Shown one piece after another: positions 26,600 through 39,699 of a stretch of 64,000 nt of DNA. The translations under genes and the position numbers were made by a program. Position 1 is the stretch's first letter. Each line of letters begins with the position of its first letter. Source of the DNA: Raillietiella orientalis (Eukaryota); NCBI GenBank assembly GCA_036172245.1, contig JAYWIR010000021.1:3162001-3226000 (forward strand), given 5' to 3'. A model generated the notes under the pieces. It worked only from the letters and a program-made list of their open reading frames with translations. It had not been told where the DNA came from and made no database searches.

Positions 26600-28900
26600 A
26601 GAGCGAAGGCGGTGAGGAAACGGGAAGGGAAGGGGGGGGGGGGCAGCGCGCACGGCTCGTATCTGCGTTGCCCTCTCCTTCGCGGGCCGCTGTCGCCCTT
26701 CCCCGACTAACTTCATCCCTGCTTCCTTTCCGACTAACCCCACCTTTTGTGGAAAGTGGCAGAGAGTCCTCTAGAAGGGGAGGAAGAAGACCCTTCTCTG
26801 CAAGAACGAGAGAACCAGGAAGGAGAGGGGAGTGCTGGGAATGGGGCGAAACTGAAAGAAGGAAGGGAACGGTGGAGGAAAAGGACGGGGAGGGGCGGCA
26901 GACAGAAAAGGCACAACGGACAGGCGATGGGGCGCGAGAGCGAAACGGGGAGAGAGGAAGCGACTGCAGGATCAGCGGGGCCATTCTCCCTTTCCGACAA
27001 CCCCCCGTTCGCACCGCCGTCGGCGACAGGCGGATCTGTGGCGGTCAACGAGCGCCCCTAGCCAAGCCGCGTTTTCCTGTACGACCGATTCCTTCCCCCC
27101 AGCTGGGAAACCGTGCTGAGGGAAAGGGGATGGAGAGAGGAAAGGTCCTGGCATCCCGTCTCGCGTAGTCGCCTCGATGCGGAGTCGCTCCTCGTGGGTC
27201 CCGCTGTCTCTTTGTCCTCGGAGCCCCCAGCGTGATCTCGGGCCGTGCCTTCGAGCTCGCATCGCTCAGTTCTGCCTGCTTTGGCAGGAGCCGAGGCCTT
27301 CGCTCTTCGGAATCGGCTTTTCTCTGGGGGAAGGGTAATACAGAGGACCCCCGACGAGCGGTCGCGGAAGGCGAAACCCCACGGTGCTAAAAGAGCCAGA
27401 AGAGACCAAACGCCAAGAAGACAAGAGGAAGAGCTTCCTGCTCCGAGGACTTCCTCTTGCTCAAGCATCCTCCTCCTCTCCGGGGAAGGAGACGCTCGCT
27501 ACGTCTTCCTGAGCTCACGGGGGGGGAGCGCCCTCCTAAAGGTACGCAGGTGGCGAAGGATGATGCAGCTCTTCGCGGATATAGCAACCGGCGCCCTCGG
27601 CAGGGAGAAGCGCGCTCTTCGTGACCGGACGCAGCGGTGTCCATCACGTGGGGCGCAGCATCCCGCTGTGGCACTGAGCAACCACATCCCCTCTGCTCTC
27701 CGTTTTTTTCTTCCCTCTCCTTTTCCTTCCCCGGAAATCCATCACTCCTTGCCTAGGCGCCACTCTTTGAACACCTGGGCGACCTTCGCGCAGGACGAAT
27801 TCTGCGTCCCGTGCACGAAGGTCTAGTGGATCACAGGAGGCTGCGGCGCACGAGGATTTCGTGAACCGCTGTGAAGCTTCGAGGCATGGACAACCGCGGC
27901 GCCACCAGTCACCATCAGAACTTTGAAGCGAATGCGAAGGTGAAATCCCGCGAAGCCCTGGGCGATGCGGGGAACGCGGGAATCGCTGCGCACCGAGGGG
28001 AAGAGCGCGCACTTTCTCGTGTGATCCGAGCGAACCGAGCGCCCGCCCGGAGAAACGCACCAAGATAAACGCACTAGATCCCGATCAGGGAGCAGGAGAC
28101 CCGCAAGCGGGCATCCCGTAAAACCAGAGATGCCCCGATCGTCCAGAGGAGTCCGCGGCCTTCCGGGGAAAGGCAGTTCCAGTTTTGAGAGCCTGAAGAC
28201 GCGTGGCGATTCGGTTCTGCGCGGCTCGCGGCCGTGGGGTACGCGCGTGTCTTCGCTCGAACACTCGCTCGGAGGATCTGCGTCTCGCGGACTCTGAGCA
28301 CACAGCGCAGTGTACGGAGATCCTGTTCGCATCTGCTTTGCATCCGGTCTGCTCGACACGAGCGACGCCTCGTCGTGCCAGCGTGGCTTCTATAAATAGA
28401 TCCAGCATCCTGGAGCACAATTTGCTCCTTGGTCTTCAACGCGGAACACTGATGCTGCGGGATACCGGAAGGTGATCCGGGCTGGGCATCACGCCCGATA
28501 CTGAGGCGTTGCCTGCCCTCAGGGCAAGCGACGTCGGTTACCTACTAGCAGGGTGGAAGTTTTCTTGCACCACTGCGGCCAAACTCCGAGACGGCTGGAA
28601 GACGAGTGACTCACATCACAATCCCAGGCCAACGGCCTGCTTCGATGGGGAGGAAGGGGGGGGGGAGGGAGGCTGGCTTCAGTGTTGCTCGTACGCGGAG
28701 GAGGGCACCACGAAAGACTTGACTGCTGCGCTCCTTTGCACGCGACGGGCTTTCGCGTGGCGCGGTGATCGCGACCTCCCTCGCAGCTGGAGCCACCCTC
28801 CGCAGTGACGACGAGAAGTCAGCCGCCCCCATCATGGTTTGCAACAAGTCGCCTCCGCCATACGCAGAAGCGTATGGCGGAGGCTGCAAAGGAGGAGGAG
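26600..28900 (-). mobile_element. Probable degenerate LINE relic, copy L (EN/RT fragments)
   Basis: 'WSLLALLAPWGF' (~27375-27415, cf. WxxLxxxLxxxGF after AFD); 'PRQGVMDF' (~27735-27760, cf. RxGVIxL); 'SCRADR' (~28340-28362, cf. SRIDR). Weak motifs. Confidence 0.35.
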
Positions 28901-29949
28901 CGTGCCAAACCGAAGATCCCTGCCCCTTCCCTCCTATTTTTTTTTTTTATTCTCCCCTCTCTCTTCTCCGGACTCTCCGCTTGTGCGATCTGCGTGTCGG
29001 TGGTCTCTCCCTGCGGACTTTCATTTGTTTCCCTTGGGAACCCTGTTCTCGTTTTCTTTTCTTTTTTTTAAGTCGGGAACGCCTCGGAGTGGCCGAGTGA
29101 AAAACAGGGTCTGCCCCTTTACGCCCACAATTCAGTACTTCACATGGCATCCTTGCAGCTTCTCCCTGTGATTCCATCCACAACTTCGACGGCATCCATG
29201 ATGCGCATTTTTTTTCTTCCATAGGTGCCCTTCCAGAAGTCGAAGACAGCGTGTGGGAGGGGGGGAGGAGTGAAAGCAAGCTAAATGGGACCTTCTGAGA
29301 TGCTGACCAAGTTGCAAGGTATCGTCGCTTTCTTCCACGGTCAGCAGAATGCACTTCAGCCTCCATATTTCAGGGGTTTGGGTACCCGATGACTACCCGA
29401 TGGACGAAGTCCTTGTTACCGAGGTGCTTCGGAAGGGCATGGGAACTGTCTCCAAAGCAAGAGGTGAGGAGCACTCTCTATCCCCAACAGAAAAAAAAAC
29501 GTTGCGAGTCGTCCACCCCAATTTTTTTTCATCTCACCCTCCCTCTCTTTTTCCTCCAGGATCCCCTTGAAACATCCATCCGATGCTTCAGCATGCTCGA
29601 GCACAGCACGCTGAAGCGCCGCACTTCTCGGAAAGAAGGTCCAAGTCGTCTCTGGTCCTGTCCTCCTGTCGCTGCTTTCCCGTCTACCAGCCCTCCTTGG
29701 GGCTGTCCCTGGATGGAAGCTCTACGCAGGGCAGCCCCTTCCTGCCCTCCTCCGCCTACAAGTGTGGTTCCGATTCGGCGGTTTCAATCCCGCACAAGCA
29801 TGCAATCGGGAGGCGCGGTCCGCCGTGGCGCACGCGAAAGGTCCGTCTCCTCCCGTGCAATCAAGATGGCGCTTCAGGAGCGCGTTCGACCAAACCGTCG
29901 TCCTCCATCTCTTCGCCTGCCCATCACGCAAAAACCACGTGGAGGATGA

Positions 29950-29992
29950 ACAACAAACAAAACAAATAAATAAATAAATAAATGAAATGAAA
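29950..29992 (+). repeat. (CAAA/TAAA)n A-rich microsatellite
   Basis: aacaacaaacaaaacaaataaataaataaataaatgaaatgaaaa read directly from the sequence. Confidence 0.8.
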
Positions 29993-31753
29993 AGGAACAA
30001 TCACCTCATCAACAATCCTCGCGACAAAGCAGAAAGCAGCAAAATCGCCTCCCAAATGGCGCGGCGCCTGTCCTCGTGAAGATCATCATATAAATATAAA
30101 TAGCGGAATGTAATAAATCAACGATTGTGAGCCCAGAGCACTTCCCAACTGCTCCGCGCTGCGTGCATCAGGCTGAGCGCTCGCTCCTTGCCCGAAGAGT
30201 GCCCCCCACTGCGTGTTTTGTTCGAAGTCAGTGAGGAGATCCAGCCGCAGCTGCTGACGCAGCATCCACCGCGTGATCGCACTCTTTCAGGGGTTGCAGG
30301 GACTCCCTGCTGGGTCCAGCAAAGGACGGCAAGGGAACTAAGGGGAGTGAAGGGAAGGTGCTCCCTTTCCGCCGACTCCTGGGTGCCCCTCTTGCAAGGA
30401 AGAAATCCCCGGCGGGTTTCCAATGGAATGGCGCTTTTCGAACTCTAGAAAGAGCTAGAGGAAAAACCTCTTCTTGTCCGTCTGCCGTGTGGCGAATTCT
30501 TCTCAAGTGGGCTCCCTTAGAGGAAGGACTTCTTTCGCTGCTGCCGTGTAACCTACGCCAGAGGACTGAGGCATCTGTCCTCGTTGCTGCTTGAACGAGG
30601 AGGAAGGAAAGGCTGCGGAGAGAAGCATCGAAGCGCTTTCCTGCCATTCCTCTGGTCCTTAAGACCTGGGCTCGGTCGGCTCTTGCTCCAAGCACCGTCT
30701 CATCAAAGAGAATGTAGAACTTGTTCACCTGGGAGCTGCAGAGCACAGGAGAAACGAAGTAGACAGAGATCTTCTCTCGTGGAGAGGTACCGAGGCACAG
30801 AGCCAAGAACTGCAGCAGGAAGAGTATGGGAAAGAGTAAAGAAAGGAGCCGCTGTTGATGAAGCACAGAAATGCTTGCGCCCAGGAACCCATTCCACCTG
30901 GAAACCGTGGAGCCCTGAACCTCCTTCCTGACTTGAAACCCTGCGGTCAATGAGCGTTCGAGGCATCTCGTCTTCCAGGACACTGATGGACCATTCCAGG
31001 ATGCGAGGTCTTCTCGCGAGAGACGTTTCGAAATCTAGGTAAAGGGATGAAGTGGAAGGAAGCGCCTCTCGAAGAGCGCTCCACATTTCGCCACGTCAGA
31101 TCCGGAGCCAGAAGCCACAAGAAACTCGGCTCTTCGCTTCATCCACCGATCCTGCCAGCGCAAAATTCCCTAGGATCGTCGAGAATGAGTCCGTCGGAAG
31201 GAGCAGAAAGGTCGCGCTTTTCAAAACCATTGAGATGCTTCCGCAGAACGGCTGCTCCGCCCATCGAAGCTCCAAGGAATGGGAAGAAGAGGACTTCATC
31301 ACGGAGCATCGGATGCTCCTTGAAAGCAAGCTTGGGATGAAGCGGGACTACATCACAGGGACGCAAGAACAGAAATAGGGAAGGAATGAAGAGAGGGGGA
31401 AAGTGGATGTGGCAGGGCTGCAGGAAGACACAAAACCAGGGAGGTTTCTGGGTAAGCACAAAGCGCGTCTAGACCTGTTGGAAAAAAAAGAATCCCCAGA
31501 AAACCGGGTACCCACCTGGATCCACGATTGAAGAACTCTCCAGAGAAAGACCTGTCAGAAGCGAAACTGCGATCTAGGGGGGAAGAAAAGGGTTGATCCT
31601 TGAGGAATGCTGGGTAGACCAAGATGCCTTTCCATTTCTTCCCAGGAAGCAAGCAGGTCGGGAGGCGCCGCGCGGTTTCTTGGCTCTCTGAAGATCATCC
31701 ATCTATGAGGTCATTAGTCGCAGGAAGGATAAAGGAAGGACCCTTGTTCTTCC

Positions 31754-31835
31754 GTGGAAAGCGTTGAGAAAGCGTTGAGTGGAAAGTATTGAGAAAAGTG
31801 AAAGCGTTCAGAAAGCATCAGTGGAAAGCGTTGAG
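31754..31835 (+). repeat. Short degenerate minisatellite, ~7 units of GAAAGCGTTGA(GTG)
   Basis: gtggaaagcgttga-gaaagcgttga-gtggaaagtattga-gaaaagt-gaaagcgttca-gaaagcatca-gtggaaagcgttga. Confidence 0.85.
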
Positions 31836-34800
31836 AGCTGCTCCTGGTTAACTACTTCACATTAGCACGGTGGCCTCCTACGGGTAAAAGAGTACAGAGT
31901 TGGGGCGAGAGAGACACCCCTGGGCGCGGATCTCGGAAGGTCTCAAGGACGAAATGAGAAGGGGAAAAACGAGAGTTGATGGACAGAAGGCTGCGTCGAG
32001 CTCAAGGCTTCGGCAGTATCCCAGCAGGTATCTCCGGCTGGTGTCTGGGGCGAGAGCACCCTGGCACCAGCCAGAAGGAGTGACGAGTGGAGTGCTCTTC
32101 GATCTGGGCCCCTTCTCCGAAGCGCGCTTCCCGGGACCTTCTTGCCTACACGTCTTAAACGATCAGGGAAGAGACGCCTTCCCTGGTTCTTTTCCTCCTC
32201 CCCTTCTTCCCTTCCTCCTCTTCCTCCTCCTCTTCATCATCATCATCTTCTTCTTCCCCTTCCCGTCCACTCAGAGTCAGATTCCAAGGATCTCCTGGAA
32301 TCGGGGATTTCCGGTTGTGAGAATTCCGATTCATGGAGACCTGACTTCCGGTTCGTTCCCGGACTCCACGGTATGAGCGGCGAAACAACTGCACTTTGTG
32401 GAGGAAGACCAGCGGGAGGTCGACCCGAGTGGCTCTCAGCGGGAGTATGCAGCTTCCTAGGACCCAGGTTGCTGGGAATGAAAAGTGAAAAAGCTTGCCG
32501 GAAGGTTCACTGCTTCTTCCTGGCGCGCTCGCCAGCAGTCCTGAACAAGACTGTCTCTGGATCGTCTCCCACGTTGCCAGGTTATGTGGGCGAGTGCTCT
32601 GCAGCTTCCCACAACGCGAGGCGGTCCAGTCGCGACGATGGTGATCAGGGTGAGTTCCAGAGCGTCTCCTTGCGCTGCCCCAGAGGGCATTGCTCGCTGG
32701 CTGCAGTCCTTGTTTGCTAGGTGCCGCAGGGCAGATCGATCCCGAAAGTTCGAAATCCAAAGAAGGAGGAGGAAAAAAAAAAAAAAAGGGGGCGCGGCAG
32801 GCGAGACCCTCCAGCGCTCCATATTTTGCAGACTGCGCCAATGCTCCCGACAGGAGCAGCAGCGGCTCACCCGCTTCGGTCATCTTTCCCGGTGCTCTCC
32901 CGGTTTTCGAGGGGAGGGATCGCGGACGTGCACACATCACAAAAAAAAGGGGATTCGTTCCAGTTTTCGGGAACAGGGATGCGATTCCGGATATATCGAT
33001 TCAGGCTTTCTTCCCGGAGGATGCAGGAGAGGGAAAGAGAAAAAAAAAAGGCTTCAAGGGAAATCCTCCCCCCCCCTCCTTTTTTTTTGCCTTGCATGGA
33101 TGCTGCGGGGTTCATCCAATCCTGGAAATGGAGTGCGAGCGGCCTGGATTTCGTTCCGTAGCGGATCGCGTCCCCTTCTGGACTCTCCCCGACCCTTCCC
33201 CACATCCAGCATCAGCGGAGGATGGCAATTCGTGGCCACTGATCCCTGATGGAGTGCTTCCGTGGAGGGCACGTGGGGTTAGGGGAGTTTGGGGTTTCTC
33301 CTTTTTTTTTTTTGCGTGTTTTCCTTTTGCGGGCTCCTGCGCGAGAGGGACTTTCGCCCGGAGTCCCGGCTCTCCCGAACTGCAAGCCGACTCTCCCCTG
33401 TTACAGGAAACGAACGCTCGGGAAATCGGAACTCTGATGGAAAGGGGTGGCTCGCGTCGGGACAGGGGATGGGAGGACTCGGGGAAGGGAGAGAACAGCG
33501 AGCCACGGCTCCCCTCCTTCCCTCCCCTATCCCTTTTTTTCTCGCCTCCGTCCCCACCGCCTTCTTGGAGACCACCGAGACTGAAAGAGGAACGAAGGGT
33601 CATCGTCCCTTGAAAGGGGAGGTCTGCGGGCCCCCCGCTGCCCGAGGTCGAGAAGGGAGGGCTGGGAAAGGTCGGGTACCCGCAGGGGCACCTCCCCTCC
33701 TTCGTCTCAGGGAAAAGGGGAGCTTCTGGGAGAACTGGATGCGGGGTGGACGGCGGGCTTTTCCCAAATGGACGTTTCCCATCGCCCCATTCCCACCCCT
33801 CCCTCGCCAAACCCGCGGCGGGCTCGTCGTCTAGGCTGCGGTTAGCCTCCGGAAGAGCGCGACTCCCTCCACCCATGACCTGCAAGACCCCGAGTCGCCC
33901 CCTGATGCCGCGCGGTTTTGCCGGAATCGCCCTTCCTTCACACACACACACCCTCTTCTCCAAGAGGACCCGTTGCTTCCTCTTGCGGGAAACACGGACG
34001 TTCGCTCCCCCTCCTCGGGGGAACGAAAGGACACTTCCCCCCGGGAGGTTCCTCGAGAACGGGAAGCGAAGCTCCCTGCAGCGGCGGCGCCCCTCCCCCG
34101 AGGGGCGCCGCCGCTGCGCCAACTGCCTTCCAGGAAGCAAGCAAGAGGGAGTGGGGCCTTCCTCTGGGAGAACCGTCGTGGCGACAGCCGTTCGGATCAC
34201 GGCTTCCGGGCCCGAAAGGGGAGTCCGCTTGCGGGGGACTGGGAGAGGGGAGGAGGTGCTCCTGGAGAGGCTAGGGAGAGACGGAGGCTTTGAGGGGACA
34301 CCGAAGGAAAGGTGAAGCACCGCGGGAAGCTGAAGGCGCGCCTGGCACCCTGTGTGCTGAGGGGAAGAGGAAGGATGGGTACCCTGTCGATAGCGGCCTG
34401 GAGGTCAGAACGAACTCAGCAGTTCAGCGCGTTGCACGCCCCCGATACAGCATGCCGCAGGGCACTCCGGGACTAGGGAACGCGCGGTTCACGTGTCAGG
34501 GGATTCGCTTGCCAGGACGGGGATGGGAGGTTCCAAACGGATCGGTAGGGGACACATCCCCACCCACCAGGAGGAAGAGAGCATGTCCTCGGAGCTCTCT
34601 TCGATTTCCCAGTTTTTAATCCCGCTGGGCTTCCATCCCTTAGTCCTAGGAGAACTCGCTCGCCTTGGCAGCCTCACCTTCCCCTGCCCTCCTTCCTGCG
34701 CCGCACCGGCCCCTCATCGCTCGAAACTCAACGGCGGTTTCCTTCCCAGAGTTCTTCGGAAAGGAGGTGCAATAAATAAACGCAGGGCCGTCTTTTGCAG

Positions 34801-35879
34801 GTCACAGGTCACGTCGGAGTGCACTCGTCCGCGACGCGGAGTCTGCGTGCATGTGGCCAGGGTGGTCCGCGGGACGAGGCGACGACGTCAGCAGTCCCCG
34901 GGGGGCGTTGCTGCGCCGGCGCGCGCGCCGCGCAAGTCTTCAGCCCGGTAGCCACCGCACCCGCCCACCCGTCATCCTCTTTGCGACCAGGAGGGACCGC
35001 GGACCTGCCGTCCGCCCCGAATTCGGGGAATGTCCCCTCGCACTTTGCAGGCTGGGTTAAAAATAGCCACGACTCCTTCGCCTGCGGCCAAAGAAAGGTC
35101 ACATGCTGCAATGCGGTCCCTTCAGAAAGCGGTGCGCGTCAAACGGGCACTCAGAAACAGCGAGGGAGGAGGATGAGCTGACCACACGACGCTCCCGCTC
35201 CTCCCCTTTTTCGGGAGGAGCCGCACGGAGAACGGTTTCTCGCGAGCGAGCACGCCCCTCGAATCGGGAAGCAGAGCGTAGCGGATGACATCGAAGACTC
35301 GCGGACATCTGCAGCGGCGGAAAGACGTGAAGGCTCTTCCCAACCGACCTGGACAAATCCGGGAATTTTATCACGGATCCGCAGGAGCGTCAGAGGAGAT
35401 TCCGGGAAGAAAAGCACGAGCGGCAGGAGCGGACGGCGACGTTTGGAAAAACCGTGGAGACCCAACACCCTGCTCGGGATCGCGAGGGTGTGGGTCAGCG
35501 CGTCAGCGCCCCCCCCGTCCCTTGAGGACTCTTGATGCGCCAGGCGTTCCGCATCCCGTTGGCTCGGAGGCGCGCGCGAATCCAGGCTCCCCCCCTTCCA
35601 ATTAGCCAGAGATCGAACGGCGCCGCCGATGATTGCCATCTGGGGGGGGGAGGAAGGAGGACATGAAGCGGGGGCGACGCGGTGATCACCGGTGACGCTT
35701 CGAGACGCCCGGAGCTTTAGGGAAACCCCCTGCTTAGGAAAATGGGGCTGCTGTGACGTCATCAGGGGTGGCCATCCGCGGCGCGGAGAGAGGGAGAAAC
35801 AGAGAGATTCGTCTGCAATTTCGCCACCGATCATGAGTGACTAGGAAAAAAACAGGAAGAGATCCGGTTCGGGAAGGGA

Positions 35880-38800
35880 GATTTCGATTTCTTTTTCCTT
35901 CTTTGTTTCTTTCTTTCTCTTTTTCCCTTTGCGAGGATCGACCGACCTCCACCTGTTATTAATCATCCCGAAAGCGGTCGCTGAATGGAAACGCGCCTTG
36001 ATAACAGAAAGACAAATAGAGGTCATCAAAGCAATGGCTAAGAAGGAATCTGAGCGCCGAAGTCGCTTTCCCATTACGATGGCCGCTCTTTGATGAAGGA
36101 CGGCCACCACGATTGGAAGAGCGGTGACAAAGATAACAGCGGACGGCGCGAGAAAAAGGCTGCACGGAGCGGCACGGAAAACCGAAATAGCGAGCGACCG
36201 ATGTGGATGCCGACCCGCGCCTACCGCCTCCAGAGGACGGACACGGGCTCCGCCTGCTTGTGCGCTGGTGGTCGCGATGCGTGCGGAAAAGAACACCATT
36301 GGCCAAAGGCGCGCGTGACCGGCAGTGGAGAGAGAAGGGTTGTGGCGGAGACCGACAGCAACGTCGCTCCTGCTGAATGCCGCGCAGATGGCGCAACACG
36401 GAAACGTGGCACAGGATTCGGGAAGCCGCCTCAAGCCCTGGAAAGCTAACCTCTGCGAGACTCCCCACCAGGGGAAGAGGTCCATCTCCCCTCCCCCCCG
36501 CGACGTGGCGACAAATCCACGGTGGCGGCAGACCTGGCGAATGACGTCACCACCATCAGCCGCATCTCGTGAGCATTCCACGAAAACACCCAAAAGAATG
36601 GATTCGGGAAAGCCTTTTACTGGAGCAAATGGCCTGCTAGCAAATTTAGTCAAGGATTTAACTAAATTGCTTTTCAAAGAGAGAAGGAGGGAGAGAGAGG
36701 CGCGCACCTGCAAGATAATAGTCTCGTGGAAAGGAGGCAATAGGCATAATGGTCTACGTAGTGGGAGAATCACGAAATTTGAGGTCATATTTGATATGGA
36801 AGTACAAAGGGATCGTAATTCTAGCTTTGAACCACAAATAATGAGGAAGGAGGAAGGTTGAATGGATCGACGAACTAGGTAATAAAATATCAGTCTCGTG
36901 TTCTCTTGGAAGCAACCATAATGATGCAGGTCGGCCTTTGCAGAAGATACATGAAGAGCCATCAGCAAATACTGTCAGTGCCGTAACAGATGGTTCCGCA
37001 AATAGTAGTGTGGCTCAGTCGTCCAAGACTGTTTGTGTGCGCAGTGCTGGTTTCAGATATGACGTTCTTTAGGGATCAGCAAGAGAAACCAAGGTCCTGT
37101 AATGATGCTGTGGACATTGTCAAATCTGCTCTTAATGATGCACGAGGCCTTTATGCTTATGGGAGTCGGAGGGTGCATTTTAGGTTATCAGCGTGAAGAA
37201 GAAAAAAAAAAAAATCGAAAACTGAGAGATTTTGGGGGTATGCGCTCAATTATTGGCTCTAATGGATTTGGGATTCGGTGGTGCCATTTCTTCTCCCTCT
37301 GCATGTACCCTTGTTGTGTGTCGCCTATCAGATGTGGGATTCTTGGGAACAAGAAGCAAAGAATCAAAAAGGATCTAAGACTGAACTAAAAGAGATCCAT
37401 CGACAGAAACCAGGAATTTTCTGGTTGCAACCTGTTTGGACCCATCCTTTTAATCCACATTTGTGGATTAGAATGGGGAGCCAAAACGCTGTGATAGCAT
37501 GATCTTATGTGTGAAGTTGCAGCAGCTCGCATGAGCATCTTTTTCGGGTAGTCATCAGACGACGCACTCGAATCTGGGAATGTTTGCTACCTCAGTTATG
37601 CAGGGAGAGTCAGGAAATCGACCCTGTGAGAATGCTGTCATTCCTGTCAGAAGCTCTCTCCGGAAGACGACAAAAGCTCTAAAATTAATGGGACCTTTGC
37701 ATTTTAAAGTGTGCCTTTCTGGAATTAGCATCGTGTACCATAAAAAGGGGGTAGATGGAATACTCTTTGAACCCAAGTCAGGGGATTCGGGCTCAGTCTG
37801 TCCAAGTAGTCCGATACTTGACGAGATGAACCTTCTTCCCTCACAGATTAGATGTTGAGAATTTTTAGTTGAGCACATATTCTAGTTTCTAACAAACCGT
37901 ATCGGAAATCCAGATGAAGGACTTTACATGTCAAGACCTGCTTTCCAATGAAGGAGTACATTTCTTAGCTCCGTTTAGGAACATGAAAAGGTTTTTGGAA
38001 TTGACTCGCTTAGCCCGAAATCGGCCTCATCCTTAGCAGCATCCCTGAGCTGATCATCGATGGATGCATCCTTTACTCTTGCACAAGTAGCGTCTCCAGC
38101 TCTTTTGTTCACTTCTTCCGCTGAACCATCTGTTGGAGGTAGGTATTTAAGAAAATCAGTATTTGGGGGCAAGTTTTTTGTATTTCTCTCAGAAAATCCC
38201 CGGAAGACTTCGTGAATGATTGCGCCTCTACCACGAAGTGACAGAATTCTTCCAATTCAGTCTTTTCTTAGTCCGCCACAGCTATCGGCTGAGGACAGCA
38301 TTATCCCTCTCTGCGTCTTGAAAATAACGATGTAAGTTTGAGACCGTTTCCATCAATCACAACAACCATTACGACTGTTGTTCAGAGGCTTTTGTTCCTT
38401 ACTGTGCTTTAAATAACCGAATCCATGATCTTGCTCACCTGGAAGGCATATTCTCATCTGCTTTCTTGTCTCATCGCTGAAGTATTCCTCCTCGAACTGA
38501 TGATACCTTTGGAGAATCTGCTTTCGATAGCCGATTCATCTACTCACGCATCGCTTGTCTTTTTTGCATCTGTCTTTTTCTGTTTTTCCCTTGCTTTTCG
38601 CTCCTTCTTATATCCTTCACTAAACCGCGGTACAGCTTTTTATGCGCGACTTTTGTGTTTTCTTATCCCAGAGTGGCTGTCCAGAAATCCAACTTCATCC
38701 GTGCAGCAAAGCAGCTGGTCCACGCCGGGTCTTAAACGTAGATGATCATCTTTCCGCAACAGGCTTCTGCATCCGATATTCGGAGATATCGGCGGGACAC

Positions 38801-39450
38801 CACTTGGGAAAAAACCAGGATTACGAAATGGATGGAAGTGCCTCGAAGTGACCCATCCAAGCCGGACAGCTTGCTCCCAGAGTTCCGAGGAACTCGCGCC
38901 GCGGATTCGTATCCGCTCCCAAACAACGAGAAACGTTTTCCACTTTCCCGCGATTTTCGTGCAATCCAGAACGCAGAAAATCAAGAGGAACTTTTGGAAG
39001 CTTCCCAGTCCTCATAAAGAGGGAAAGCAAGTTAAAAGGAGTCTGCATGGGAGGCCGCAGTTCGTTTCCAATGGAGACTGCATCAAATATTGCATCTCCG
39101 TAACCTGTGGGGTGTTCCTCCTGGTGTGCATCCTGATCCTAACCTATTTGTTGAAGCAGTCGAAGGATTTTCAAATCCCTGTGAGGATCTCATATTTCAA
39201 CCAGTGCCCCGAAAACATGACTGCCAAACACCAAAATCCATACACAGTGAGACACTTTGAGTGTCCTTTCTAAGATGCAAAAATGATAAGCAGAACGTCA
39301 CAGAAATCACCGACCGTGACCGCTGCACTGCTGCTCGCGTATGAGAGGGACCATCTCCTTGCGGTAGATTCTCTAATGCCTTTCCTCATCTGTTCGCAAA
39401 TGTATCCCTAGAGCTGTAAAAGAGCTGCAAAGAGGCCAGGAGGTTTCTGT
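35880..39450 (-). mobile_element. Degenerate L1/Tx1-like LINE relic, copy G
   Basis: EN-like 'KLSGLDG' (~38855-38875); pre-RT 'DFLKYLP' (~38135-38160); RT 'FLWYTMLIPERHTLKCKGPINFRAFVVFRRELLTG' (~37640-37750); the C-terminal region stays open as ORF 35841-36968 with 'VSQRLAFQGLRRLP...CCAIC' (~36380-36463); T-rich tract on + at 35885-35930. Confidence 0.5.
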
Positions 39451-39699
39451 TGGATTTCGAAGACATCATAGAGACGAGCTTGTTGAGAACCGGATTCACG
39501 GCATCCATCTACACGAACCGGGGAAAGTTCCATACTAAAATGGTCTCCGTTCCTTCAGTTAAAGTGAAAGAGCTGTCTGTCCTTCGTTTATGGAACTGCA
39601 GACATCGGGAAAGCTCTCGAAACATCCGATGAAGTGAGTCAGGAGTTGATTAGTGATGCAAGAATTGATAGTGAGAAAAATCACCTTCCGGGTGATTCA

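Larger units (their letters stand above)
28935..34500 (-). mobile_element. Degenerate L1/Tx1-like LINE relic, copy F
   Basis: EN 'HITWQRGRRSRDSL' (~32545-32590); pre-RT 'FLKDQP...VPGFLG' (ORF 31353-31652); 'VVPLHPK' (~31330-31352); 'SLYLDFETSLAR' (~31012-31048); 'STVSRWNGFLGASISV...LLFPILFLL' (~30815-30912); zinc-finger-like 'VPFSLLSLLP...CASW..ES..MPC' (~29140-29295); poly-T on + at ~28936-28948. Confidence 0.55.

Noticed and set aside
31754..31835. CRISPR-like array
   Set aside because: Units are 10-14 nt and adjacent, with no unique spacers; the context is eukaryotic and there are no cas genes.
33112..34320. 402-aa minus-strand ORF and overlapping + strand ORFs
   Set aside because: Low-complexity Gly/Pro/Arg translations of GC-rich, homopolymer-rich sequence with no recognisable family.
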